Shown here piece after piece: positions 34,957 to 48,400 of a stretch of 64,000 bases of DNA; position 1 is the first letter of the stretch; every line of letters begins with the position of its first letter. The stretch is from NCBI GenBank assembly GCA_964187785.1, contig OZ076409.1, positions 57,042,001 to 57,106,000 of the forward strand, read 5' to 3'. The translations under genes and the position numbers were made by a program. The stretch comes from Amphiscolops sp. MND2022 (lineage: Eukaryota). Below the pieces are notes generated by a model. It had not been told where the DNA came from. It did no database searches and saw only the letters and a program-made list of their open reading frames with translations.

Positions 34957-35952
34957 GGTACTCCTGACTAAGTGTGGTCCCTACAAAATTTATGCAGCCG
35001 GCCTGAAAACTCCTGACTAAGTGTGGTCCCCAGCAAACAAGTGTGGACTCCCGATGAGAGAAAATATGGAGATATTCCGAATATCTTGACTTTTGCAATG
35101 AAATATATTCTAAAGAACTTTGAAATATTACATGAAAGGTCTTGCTAGCCGTTGTCTAATATTGTTTGTCACTGTTAAATGTTGTTTAAACCTATTTATT
35201 GATTATTATTGCTTTTTTGCGAGCCAAAGGCCTATTTTTGAACACGATAAAAAAGACATTTTGCCTCGATTTGTCACAGTTTATGGCCGTATTTGAAAGA
35301 TATAATTATCTAACTGCTTCTTTTCAATCAAAATCTATAGAAACCTCAGCCTATCACATGGTGGTCATAAAGAGGAAACATCTTTTTCATTGTTATCTGC
35401 TTATCCAAATTCATAAAAACGTTTATACTCAATAAAGACGCGAACTTCTCAACGAAAGCTTCTTTGGAATTCGACCCAACACCGATTGGTCAAACCCCGA
35501 AAGTGCAATCCTCAATTGAAGACAGTGCTATCTTCAAGTGAAGAGGGTGCTCCCTAATGCAGAAGGTGCATTCCTCAACCGATGAACGCGACAGCCTCAA
35601 TTGAAGAAGGCTCTACAGCGGTGCGCCTCCAAACGACAGAAGGCTATCGCAACACCTCAGAAGCTCAACACTGACCCATCCCAGACAATCCCTGACCCCC
35701 GGACGCTCATCCCTCTGCCCTGAAAATCCTTTCCCGACCCCTGGACATTTCCTGTGAACCCGTAGAGGTATTTTAGTATCAAAACTGTCCAAAACTCATT
35801 TAAAATTTTTTCCCAAGTATGTGCTTCGCTTTTGTTTTCGTATCAAATGTGTGCTAGCAAGACTTAAAAATACTCTGAAACATTCTGAAAAAGCAAATTT
35901 GAAACAAAATCCGTTTGAAAAATCAAGTGAAAACTGCAACAAAAAAACGTCA

Positions 35953-36503
35953 ATGGTTCGAATTTTGGCCGCATGTTCCTTCCACCACGCAATTGAAACT
36001 GTAAGTCCCGAAGATCAAAAAGCTCTCAGAGAAAAAGTATATTCTATTCCGAGCGTGAGTTAGAACATTAACGCAAAAAATCCTCGAAAAATAGTGCCAA
36101 ATCTGATTTAAAACAATTTCAAAAGAAAAACGAGTTTTTGATTTGGCACGACGTTATCAACAACAGTACTTGCAGACACAAAAGCAATTTTTACCGTGCT
36201 CTTTCAGTGTCTGATTTAGTAGAAGTGTTGAAATCTTATCAACAACGTACCAGGGCTCTTGTGTATTGCCAGAAACGGAACGCCTGACATTTTCTTGCAA
36301 TTGAAAGAAACGAACATAACTATTTTCAGTATTGAAAAAGATTTCATTTCTTTGCGAAAACAAAAAGATTTGAAAAATTTGCAGGAATTGAAGGCGTTAA
36401 ATTAGAGTCCTGTTATAGAATTGAAACATCTGAATCTTGTTTTTAGGTATGAAAGTGATTTATCACAAATTACTGCACGTAGTCGTCCAAAACTCCCCTC
36501 TTA
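35953..36503 (+). pseudogene. Decayed ORF with SGNH/GDSL-esterase-like motif order
   Basis: Hand translation across stops and shifts: MVRILAACS..YSIPSVS*..FLIWHDVINNS..ALVYCQ..GTPDIF..ELKALN*SP. Confidence 0.35.
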
Positions 36504-36768
36504 ATGTTCCCTAAAGGCAATAAAAACACGTTGTCTGCTGCCAACGAGTAAACTACACCCCACTTTTCGAGTTGTAACCGTGTCCAGACTTGACTGACTT
36601 TTTGACGCTGCAACCCGCTTCCTCTTTTCCTTTCTGTGCTGTGTCCGAGCTTCGCTGCTCGGTTGATGCTCAGAAGGAGCTTCCTCGGAAACAGCAGCGT
36701 ACCTTTTTTAAAACCAAGCCACTGTGACTGTCTTCTTTTAACCTAAACAACAAAACAAAACAGAAAAG

Positions 36769-39700
36769 ATGACAGATTCGAAGCAAGAAAAAGTCCAAAA
36801 ACTCCATGAAATTGTTTGAAGGCGCAGACGAAATTGAATACTCTCCAACAGAAGATACCCGACTCCATTACAGATGGAGAACAAAGGGTTCGAGTCGAAC
36901 GTCTTGTTGTAAAAACTGAAAACACATTGAGCAAAACTTTCCACAAAAACGAACAGTTGATATCGCTTGCATCTGAAACCTCTGACTCGGAAACAATTCA
37001 AACCAAATTCGAAAAGTAGTTAGGTGAGGTCACTGAGCAAAATGACGAAACTTCGGGAAAAACTGGTGATAAAATTGACAGTTTAACCGGATCCGATGTG
37101 AAGTCACACACATCAGTCGGCACAGTCAACATAGCGCCTCCAAAAGATTATCCTCTTCTGTTAAAACGAAAACATCGAGTCAGAGACAAAAAGTTCTTCT
37201 TCTAGCAACCCGCCATCGAATCGAGAAGAACTGGAACGAAAAAATGCTAATGGCTAAACAAAAACAAGAAGTTGCTCGAAAACAATTGGAACGCGAAAAA
37301 AGCGGTTGGAAGAGTAGCAAGCATTCCAATTACACGAACTGGAAGAAAAAAAACCGACGAAGACTTGCCGAAGCCAAGCTCACTGAATTGTAGTTGACTG
37401 ACGACTTGTGTGAAGCGATTGAGGAACTTCGTGAAACACTGTCTCACATTAGTAAATGCTCGAAGCAAACAACACCGACAGTTTCAAACCAACCGCAGAC
37501 CAATACTGTTGCATTGCCAATGTAGCGGGAGCGTTCAACACCGCAGTCATTCGCGCATCAATCGACGTTGTTCAAATCAGACAAGCAACGCCACCAGTGA
37601 GAGCTTTTGCTAATGTCAATATTTGGCCAGGACAAAGCCAGGTTCCCCCAACCGGCATTTGGTCTAACTTTAACATTCTGAGGCCAAACAGTACTCCACC
37701 TTCACTTGCTGCGGTTAACACACTTCCATTTTTTCAAACACAACCTGTGAACCCTACGTCGAATACTGTTTCTTCCATGATCCACAAAGTTTGACAATGT
37801 TGCAGCAAGTACAACCGTCTGTCTTTCCTACTACGACAAAGACTCAAGTCAATGTTCCGACAAGCCATGTCATACCGAACTTGTCTGCTTGGACATTTCT
37901 GGCTCCGAGTAGCTTCCCAACAGTACATACTGCAGTTCCACAGCCTGTAATAGGGCTGTTTACGTCAACGAGCTCAACTGCAGCACCGAAGTGACCAACA
38001 GCGGTGTTTTTACACTTGTTGTACTAATCGAAAGTGGAGGAACAACTTTCTACTATAATCCTCTTGCGACAACACTTCCAACAACAACTTTACCAACTCC
38101 CCAGTCTACAACAGCACCAGTGAACGTTCCTTTTCCGACGTTTCCGACTAGAGTTCAGTAAACCACTCCCCTGCAACGTCAACTGCAGTTACTCTCTAAG
38201 ATCTTGCGCAACTACTGACTGCTGCTAAAAAAACCATCTTCCTGAGTGGAAACAAGAGCAATACAACGGAGATCCACTAAAATGACACGAGTGGATTCGT
38301 CAATTTGGAAGTGTTTTTGACTCCGCACCACTCTCGAATGATCTAAAAGCCAAGTATTTGAAAACGCTTGTAACTGGCAGGGTCAAGACAGCGGTTGCCG
38401 AGTTTGCCTATTAAGGCACAATGTATCAAGAAGCCCTTAAGACTCTCGAGCGTAAACTTGGCCAGTCACACGCTATTGTAAGCGCTGACTTGGACAAACT
38501 AAGTAGAAAATGCACAACAATGAGAACGTGATTGCTTTCTCTGCAATGATTCCGGCGTTGATAGGAGTTTTTCGCTCCTTGAATTACGAACCCGACTTTT
38601 GGGCCAAGCAGTATAGAAAATTCCCCCGAACGTGAAGGAAGCTTGGTCGATGCACACTGTCAAGAAAGATTAGGTTTTGGGTTAGGTTTTGAGTGGACCA
38701 TTGCCTTCGATTTCCGAACTCGTCTCGACTTGCTTCAAAGCTGTCCTGCAAAGTGAAAATGACTCCAAGTTGGTTGATCAACTTCGGAGTTGGTATGAAA
38801 TGGAATCTTTCGCTGCAAAGAAACAAGTAGACCCGCGCTCTGCTGCCGACGCTAGAGCTTCGAAATTTTTGCACGAAACAACATATCATGACGGATGCCG
38901 AAATCAGGTCGGTATGTTGTGGGCTGATGACGAGAGTAGTCTCCCGAACAACTACTTTTCAGCCTTAAATCAAGTGAAATCTCTTGAACGGCGACTCGAC
39001 AAAACTCCCGAACTGAATGTGAGCTACGCTCAGACCTATAAAGACGACTTCGACAAAGGATATATTGTTCAAGTCGACAAGTCAGACTGTTTTAAAGTTG
39101 ACAACCCGCGTAAGTGGTATCTACCGCACCATCTAGTGTTTCACCCCCACAAGCCAGGAAAAGTACGCCGCTTACTCAATGGTGCAGCAAAAATTCATGG
39201 TCTTTCACTGAACAGCAGACTTTTAACTGATCCTTACTTGTTGCAAACGTTAATCCATGTGTTCATGCTTTTCCGACGACATCCCTACGGTGTATCCGCT
39301 GACGTCGAGGGAATGTTTTTACAAATTGGTGTGATTCCTGAAGACCGAGCGTCTCTTCGTTTTCTGTAGCTGCAGAACCCAGCAACAAACGTCGTTGTGT
39401 ACCAATACGTACGTCACATTTTCGGTTCGAAGGATTCACCAATGTGTGCCAACTATGCTTTGCAACAGACTGCTCGTGACAGCTGAATCTAGTTCCTCGA
39501 AGCAGCCAGCAGTGTCGAAAATCAATTTTAGGTGGACGATTACCTTGAGTCAAGCACAACTGTCAATGGAGCAACCAAGAAGGCTCAAGACCTCGTTGAA
39601 ATGTTAGCGAAAGATGGTTTCAAGCTAACCAAGTTTGTCAGCAATGTATCAAAATTGGTCAACAATCGACCCGAAATCTCGACTGCCTCGACCGAGAAAG

Positions 39701-41345
39701 TCTTAGCAACTGACGAAAAGAATTCTCACGTATTGTGTTTGAAATGGAACCTTAGTCGTGACACTTTGGTTGTCAGCAGAGGAATTAGACCTGACGTGAA
39801 CCGACCAGTAACACAGCGTGTTGTCCTTAGCTTAGTATCCGCAGTGTATGATCCTATTTGTCTTCTCGCGCCACTGTAACAGCCCGCCTTTTGTTGAAAG
39901 ACATTTTGCGCCTGAGCCGGCAACAATGGACAAAAATCTGCCTGACGACGTTAGCAAAAAGTTTCTTGATTGGGTCGCAGAGCTTCCCAATTTGAGTGAG
40001 ATAAAAATTCCGAGATGCTGTTTTCAGGGAACTATGTTGAGTTACACGTATTTGGGGACAGTTCTCAAGATGTCTTTTCCTGCGCGCAAGAATGAACTGC
40101 AACGAAAAGATATAAACTCAATTGGCTCTGTATTTGGGAAGGCTCGTGTTGCCCCGATGAAAGCACTCACAATTCCGGATTTGGAACTCCAAGCCGCGGT
40201 CTTAGCAGCCCGACTGAGATATGAAGTTCAACAAGCACTCACAGTACCTGTTGAGAGAACCTTCATGTAGACCGATAGTACAAGTGTTCTTCAATGGCTT
40301 CATTCCATCGACAAGAAACCCGTATTCGTCGCCAACAGAGTTGCCGAAACTCTTGAGTTGAGGACAGTTGACGAATGGAATCACTTACCAACAACCGACA
40401 ACCCGGCGGACCCGCGTACCCGCGGTCTGCCCGCGAACGCCCTTCTTGACAGTTCTTTGCTCAAAAGTCCTTTGAAGAATTCTGATTTCTATGAATTCAA
40501 CACCAAGCCAGTCTACAAAGAAAACAACAGAAAATACCGCAAGTTTATCCTCCAGTGTCCTCCTCCTCCAACTCTCGAGTGGCAAAAATATAGCTCGTAC
40601 GAGAAACTTTTGCGCATTGTAGCCGACAATTTGCGTATTTCACCGACATTCGCTTGTAGCAGATCTAAAACAGGAGCAATAACTGATTTTGTCGAGCTTG
40701 AAAATGTTGCGCAGAAACTTTTTTCTTGGTACAGTCCAAATCGTTCTCGAACGAATCGAAAAACTTGCTCAAGTTTTGTCCATTGAGCGAGCAGGCTCGT
40801 CGCTACCGTCCCATCCTAACTGTAATTTCGACCACCGCAAGCGAAATGCACGCGCTCAAGTTCGTTTCTATGCTATCTGGAACAGGTGGCTGAAAGAGTA
40901 CGTGCCGACTTTGAATCGTCGCTCAAAGTGGTTCACACAGTCTGACAGGCAATTGAAAACCGAAGATCTTGTTTGGATCGTTGAACCTATTAGCCCGAGG
41001 GCCTTCTACCCTCTCGCGCGTGTCATCAAACACAACTTTGGCAGCGATGCCGTCGCCCGTTCTGCCGAAATTAAGACCATGTCCGGAAACCCCGTCCGTC
41101 CAGTCGTGAAACTAGCACCAGTCTTTCCTTCCCCTGATTCACCTTATTTATCGTAACATTTGTACTTAACGGCTTAACGACATGTATCTTCGAAACATAT
41201 GTATCATGTGTTTTTGTACCAAACCGATCAAAAATAAATTGAGAAAAAAATACTTTTTTGTTTTGATAAAACATTCCTCATCTTCTTGGGCCCGGAGATG
41301 TTGCGCAGGAAACTAATATGGTTGGCTTTAAATAAACAAATAATC
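36769..41345 (+). mobile_element. Decayed Bel/Pao LTR retrotransposon
   Basis: LPNNY..LERRL, WYLPHH..KPGKVR, VDDYL, VYDP, KARVAPMK..TIPDLELQAA, NPAD..TRG and W.RW.KEY.PTL..RSKW. Many stops; integrase core missing. Possible 3' LTR start TGTTGCG at 41299. Confidence 0.9.
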
Positions 41346-41349
41346 AGGC

Positions 41350-41715
41350 CAAAGAGCTTAGTTAGTTAGCACCGGTCTCGGAACCATAAGATCGCCGGCT
41401 CGATTCCCGATGCCATCAATTCCTTGAGAGAAAATATGGAATTTTTCCAAAATTCTTGACTTTTGCAATAAATTAAATTCTGAGTAACCTTAAAATATTA
41501 CATGAAAGATCTTCCTAGCCGTTGTCTAATATTTTTTGCCATTGTTTAATGTTGTTTATACATGTTTATTGATCATTATTGCTCTTTTGCATGCCAAAGG
41601 CATCACTTTGAACACGATACAATTGACTTTTTGCCTCGATTTGTCACAGTTTATGACCGTATTTGAAAGATTGTGTTCAACTGCTTCTTTTCAACCAAAG
41701 TATATAGAAACCTTA
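41350..41715 (+). mobile_element. Putative tRNA-derived SINE; headless body copy at ~35056-35347
   Basis: AGCTTAGTTAGTTAGCA..GGCTCGATTCCC (A/B-box-like), followed by ~290 bp similar to 35056-35347. Confidence 0.45.
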
Positions 41716-43349
41716 GACTTTTACAGTCGTTCAAATAAAAACCTTCGAAGTGACGATTGTTCCGCAATTTCAATCTCATTTTTAAGAAAATGTTTTTTAT
41801 CAGTCTCAATATGAAAGTTTTAACATGAAATGTTTTTCTTAAAAAAATTGCCAATGAATGATGTTTAAAGCCCTTGAAATTTCACTTTTTCTGGCAAGCA
41901 CTTCCTCTACTTGTTTAAAATACATTTTTTCTGTTCAGTGTTCAGAGGAATGATTATTTCTTAAATAACTCAGAGAGTTTTGAGTGTTTGGACCCGGAAT
42001 GTCATTGTACGAGTATTCAGAATCAATATAACAAATTTCTGACGAAAACAAGAGTAAAAGTTTTTATGCTATTCAACCATCAATTACCGGAGTAGACATT
42101 AAACCTCTACCGAGTTTCGGTCATAGACATTACCTGCCTTGTGTACAAACAAAAACACTTGATATAAAACTCTGATAAATGACTTTATTTTTTGATACGT
42201 TACAATACGTTAGCTTTACAAAGAAACCATTTTAGAAAGCTCTTTCATCTTAGAAATCTAGAATACAACAAAGGTAATTTTGTGGATATCAAACTTTCGA
42301 TTGATGAATTTCAAATTCCCCAAACCCCATTCCGAGATTCCTCTTTCTGAGATTCCTATACAAGGAATTTCTTTGCATCCTTCTTCATTCTTTGTTCTTG
42401 ACTTGTTCTGAAGTCAGTGTTTTCGTTTTGTCCGAAACGAACACTTTTACATAAATATGATTATCGTTCATGTTGAATGAAACGATTTTGAATATGTTTG
42501 AGCTGTTAATAGGATTATTTTTCTTTGAAAGTGTCTTTTGAACTCATCATTTTCGTTAGCAGGATTCTTCTTTTGTCATGGATTTTGCATTCTTTGGATG
42601 AAAAAGGATTTTTTGTACTCTAAAAAAACAGCTGTTTTCACTTCTGAAATAGAACAACCAAGCGGAAAAATCGTTCCTCTTTCAACGAATGACATGTTTT
42701 TAAGGCTAAAGTCGTTTGAGGATGCTTCAAAACATTTCAGCAAAAAACACTTTCAAATAATCCTATATTTAGAATGTGAGAGACCAAATCCTTTTCACGA
42801 ATAATTATTCAATGCCAAAAATCCTTGCTCAAACTTTTTATTGACATTCTGATAAAAATGAAGCTCTGCTTTTGTGGAAATAATCTGGAATATACTAATT
42901 CCTTTTATTTGGAAATTTCTATTTTAGCGAACAAGACTCGTTTGCGTAGCTATATATAATCATATTTCATGTTTATTTGAAATGGTACCAGATGCACTTC
43001 AAAGGAAGTGTCCAGTATTATCGTTGCTTCGCGCGGAGAAGTGACAAAAATGTAACCAACTTCATGGATAAACACTTTTGTAGAGCGCATATAAAAGTTT
43101 TCTGCATATCGAAAGTTCATGTTAACTCTAAGGTTTTTACGAGTGTCAGAGAAAGGTTTTGTGATAACCAAGAGTCTTTTTCTCCAAACACAAGCCAAAA
43201 TGGGACCTTTTGGAATAAAGTCTTGTAATTCAAGCTGAAAATTAAATGAAATCATAAGCGTCAATGGCGAAGATGGCATGCTTTAGGTTAGGCGTGTAAA
43301 AAGTTTAGTTTGGGCTCGGTAGTCTTGTCAGGAGGAAAAACGAGTGACT

Positions 43350-44041
43350 CACCTAATTTCGGCTGTCAAATGGTACAATAATCGGCCAATTTACATCGCA
43401 TCAAACTATGTCAGCGCCTCACCGCCAACAATTGTCAAACGTTGGTCGAGTGATGATCATCAAGAAATCGATGTTAAATGCACAGTACTGATTCCGGAGT
43501 ACAACTCCTTTATTGTAACCTCCCTAATCCTCCCAAATTGATAACATAGGCCGTCTATTGTCGCTTTACAGAATAAAGATTGATTCAAGAAGAAGGTTCT
43601 ATTTGAAAATATTTTATCACTTTGCGGATTTAGCTGTTATCAAATCTTGGTTGTTATACCGAAGAGATACAGAACATTTAGGGCTCGGTAAAACAATGGA
43701 TCTGTGGGATTTCAAAACTTCTATTGCCTTTGAACTATGCACAACTGCAAAAGACAGACTTGACTGAAAACGTTGGCAGATCGCGTTACTCTGAGGTCGA
43801 ACATGAACATCTGATGAAAAAAATGAGAGGTCCAGCCAAACCACTGCCAAGTAAAGAGCGCAGAACCAATGGACAGTCACACTGGCCGAAACTTTTCGAA
43901 AAACCTGGTCGATGCAAAAACCCGATTTGCTCGAAAAATTCTGGTTCAGTTGGAAACACGTTCGTGGGTTGGGAACAATGCGATGTCTATTTGTGTTTCA
44001 CAGCCAACAAGAACTGTTTCAAGCAGTTTCATGAAGAATGA
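43350..44041 (+). pseudogene. piggyBac transposase C-terminal half, degenerate
   Basis: VKWYNNRPI..VKRW..IPEYN, LYRI..FYLKIFYHFADLAVIKSWLLYRR, and Cys-rich tail GRCKNPIC..CDVYLC..NCFKQFH. Confidence 0.85.
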
Positions 44042-47000
44042 TCTTAAATTTGTTGATTTTCCATGTTTTTTGGAAAGTTTGAATTGAAAATGAAATTCTT
44101 CGTTTGAATGTTTTTTTTCATAATTTAGGTCAGTTACAATTATGTAACGTACCATGAACAGGTAAAGCAAAAAAAATTTCGAGTTGGGACCATTTTTTTG
44201 GTCCAGAGCTCCGTTTAATGATTGAATGGGCAGAAAAAATAATTTCCGCGTCTTTGAAAAAGAGGGGTGTGCAGAAGAGGGTTGATTTTCCACTTTTTTA
44301 GTCACTTTTTCTTCCAAATGCGCCAACTAAAAGGAACTGTATTTCCTACCGGATGCCAGACATGTCAAAGTTTATTATAACGGAATGAGGTGCTACAATA
44401 TAGTCTTTGACTGGAACACTTACAAAGTTTTTCAAGCAAATAAATTTCGTTGTGGCTTTTCATAATTTGTTTATATATTATCTGAAGGACTAACAACTCC
44501 ACAGAGTAACTTCCCAGAATCATAATTAGCCTCGAATCCCAAAGGCAGTCTTTTTTGTGTGACGAAGTTATTTTGACCTCAGAGTGATAACTTTGGGTTC
44601 AAGCGGGTTGGAAAGTGATGTAGACTTTGGCAAAGAATTGGATTAGAAGTTGACGTGGAGTTTACCGTTGCTTCTGAGAGTGATTCTGTCAACCAGAAAG
44701 ATTGGCATTTCGAAATCTGTCAAGCTTGGTTGGTAATGGCTAACGCTCCAACTGGCGCGGACTATTTTAGATCCAAAGAAAAAGGTGAATTGTTTTTGTG
44801 ACTCTCAAGTATGATTATATTCACCACAGCTTTTAAATAGAAATAGCCAATGTAAATTACCTGATTCCCTCAGAATGCTGTATGTCAAAATAAAAAATAG
44901 AGAGCTATAACTCTCTAATAATATAACTCTCTCTCAGAGCAACTAAATAAAATAATGCTATAACTGAGCGCAATAATTTTGACCAGCTAGTTTATATAAC
45001 GAAGTAGATAGCTATCCATAAGCGTTTTGATAGTACCGGGCAAAAATTAATCGACTCCGCGGAGAAAAACTTTTATTCAATAAAAATGATAAAACTGTAC
45101 CTCTATAAAGCTTATTTTTTGTTGTTGCCAGATTTGACTTCTTCAATTACAAAGAGCACTGAATATCATTTGAGAACACATGACAGGTAAAACGAATGAA
45201 ACAGTTTTAGTCGGCGCATTTTCCAGAAAAAAAACCGACTTTTACAGTGAGTAGTTTTATTGTAAAACTACAAAACGAATGCGAATTGTCGACTTTTAAC
45301 AGAGCTTGAAACTTTGACATGTCACCCCAACAGACATGTCAAAGGGTGTCCCTTTAGAGTTTTTCGGCACTGTGCAACGTGTTTACATTATTTATTTCTC
45401 CATCTATTTGGGTTTTAATTTTGATTTTTATATAGATAAAAGCGGTTTTCAAGGCCACAGGTTGCCTATTCGGATAACTTTGCCACTCTGAGTACAAGCC
45501 ACCCTCAACATTTTGATGAGCCTTTTTTAGTCCGACTTCAGTTTTTTGCAGTGGCGTTAAGAAACGATACATTTCCTTTTTCTTCATTTTCTTTTTGATG
45601 ATCAGAACGTTTCAGGCGTGGAAGTATTGCTATTGCAATTTTTGTTTTCAGCATTAATGTACCAAAGACTGAATTATAGTAGATAATTTGATTAAAAGAT
45701 AATACTCAACTTTCATTTTCCTAAATGTGTCCTAACCAAATAAGTATAAACATCTGGCGGTTAGGCTCTGAAAATTCTCCTGTCAAGATCTTGCCAAGAG
45801 TTCCAAAAATCTCAGAGGCTGGGACATCAAGAACTTCCCATATTGCTACATGTAAGCCAAGGGACACCTAAATTCCTAAATTGTATATAATTTCCAGTCA
45901 TAGTTTACCGCGCGTTTATTGCCCCAGAAAATATTATCACTGGAAGCAACCAGAGCAAAGAAGACTGTTTGGTTTTAGTGTATTACAAAAAAGGGCCTTT
46001 GATAAGGTGTAAAACAAGAAGCCCGCTGAGAAGCGAGATATGTTCCGCCCCAAACTGTTCTACAACTACATAAATTTGAGGCTCAAGAATAGTGCACTAT
46101 AAAAACGCAAAGAAGTTCGAAGAAAAGAGAGCTTTGATTAATCTTAGCCCATTTTCACAGAAACATAATAAGTTATTATTTCTGCGATAGCTGGCCACAT
46201 TGCGTCTCTTTCGGCACTATGCAACTTGCCGAGAAAAGATAAAAATTTCAATTATTTCGTTGAGAAAAACATTTTTCGCAATTTTCAATTTTTGAGGTTT
46301 TCTGTAAAAGAAATAATTTTCCCCGAGTCTTGCGGTTGACTTCTTTGTTACTTTTGATCATATGGAACTGACGAAGTTTCTTAATGATTGTGGAAATTAC
46401 CTCATTTCAGTATTTTGGACTGGATTTGGATTTTCTGTGATTCCTGTTGGGCAAAAAGTTAAGTTGTTTCCTAGTCTCAGGCGTAATTCTCGAGGTAATT
46501 TTTGACACTGAGAAAATGGCAAAAACTTTAAATCAGGTCCTTTGCAAGTTTAGGAGAGTCGAGCGATCCCGGTTTGTTGAATAACTGCACATAATTTCAC
46601 CAGAAGTGTCAAAAATTGGAAACAGTTTTGACAACTTTGGGGTCAATTTGAGAAACTTTTCTAACATGAATCTACAGATGTCTCTTCAAAAATAGGCCTA
46701 CTGGACACCGCGTATAGTTGTTGTTGAATGTTTACACCATTCTAACCCACGAAAAAGCTCGAAACGTTTTCCTTTGGAAGGTTACTTCATATCTAATGAC
46801 TTCGCTTGAAGGTTTTTGAATAATAAAAATTGGACAAAAGAGGTCGAAACTTTCGGTTTCAAGTAAAGTTTTTGAAAGTTGTGCAAATACACTTGTCTGA
46901 TATCTTTTCGAAACACTACCCGTAGCTACACGTTTCAATCCTGAGCTTATGGTTTTTCTGATTGAAGTAAATTTTGCAAAGGGTCCAAAATTGGGACTAT

Positions 47001-47269
47001 GTTTTCTAAAATAAAGAACATTCGGGAACTTGGAAACTTTGACACCTTTGTTGTAAACTTGATGAACTTTATCCCACTTTTTCTCCAATTGCATTTTGAA
47101 TACCATATTGCTCCAAAGCTAAGGTCATTGGAAGTTCTATGTTTCAAAAACTTTCGTGGTTTGAACAAAAACTGGGATTCGCTTGTCAAACGAGTTTTTT
47201 TGTTCTTTCATGGATTTTTGTGTGTGTTTGAGCCAGTTCCAACAACAAAATTGCGGTTGAAAATAAGAA

Positions 47270-48400
47270 AATTTTGAAATTTTTTGTCGTTCTCGGTGTC
47301 AATTTGAGACATTTTCAATAAGAAAAATGTAATAAATTCTTTGGAAAAGACTACTGATTAACCAAACTTTTCCTTGTTAGCCCATTAAAAGTTTCCAGTT
47401 CACGAAGTCTTTCGAAAAAATGACGAAAAATGCGTAAACCTTTGAAAAATGGAAAAGTTTGGCGTTTTTGTCATTTTCGGTGTCAATTTGAGATTTTTTC
47501 ATTCACAACAATCCAATTATCTCCTCATAAAAATCGACTGGACAACTAATCTTTTCCTTGTTGACCCTTTACATATTTCCAATCCACAAAGTCCGTCGGA
47601 AATTTGGAAAAAAGATCCTAAAATCTTGGATAATAAAAAAAGTTAGGAATTTTTGTCATTCTCGTTGTCAGTTTAGAACATTTTCATTTTGAAAAATGCA
47701 ATAAACTCTTCGGAAAAGATTGCTGAACAACCAATTTTTTCCTTGTTGACCCTTTAAAATTTACCAATTTACGAAGTCTGTCAAAAACGAAAAAAGCGTA
47801 AAAACTTTGAAAAATGGAAATTTTTGGGGCTTTTGTCATTTTAGGTGTCAATTTCAGTTCGATTCTTGGAAAACAGCAATATTCCCTTCAGAAATGCCTG
47901 TTGAGCGGTTTCAAAATTCTAATCCACGAAGTCTATCGAAAATTTGATATAAATTGCATAAAAACCATAAAAATCGGTTTTTAAAAATAACCACAAAAAA
48001 ACCCACAAAAATTTTTGGATTTGTCATTTTTAGTGTTAGTTTGAGACTTTTTTCATCCAGAAAACTGCAATTATCTTTTCATACAAGCCTGTCGGACAAC
48101 GAATCGGTGCCATGTTGAACGTTTTCAGCATTCTAATCCACGAAGTCTGTCGAAAATTTGATTTAAAAATTGCAAAAAAATGAATAAAATCGGGAACTTT
48201 ACTTCGTCATTTTCGGTGTTAATTTGAGACATTTTTCATCCAAATAACTGCAATTATTTCTTCATAGAAGCCCATTAGACAACGAATTTGTGACTTTTTG
48301 TACGTTTTCAACATTCTTATCCTCGATATCTATCTAAAAATTGACAAAAATTGCATTAAAACGTCAAAATTGGACATTTTTGCAACTTTTTTCGTTTTTG
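47270..48400. repeat. Diverged ~185-bp tandem satellite-like array, ~6 units
   Basis: GTCATTTTCGGTGTCAATTTGAGAC-like anchors recur near 47285, 47470, 47655, 47835, 48020 and 48205. Confidence 0.8.
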
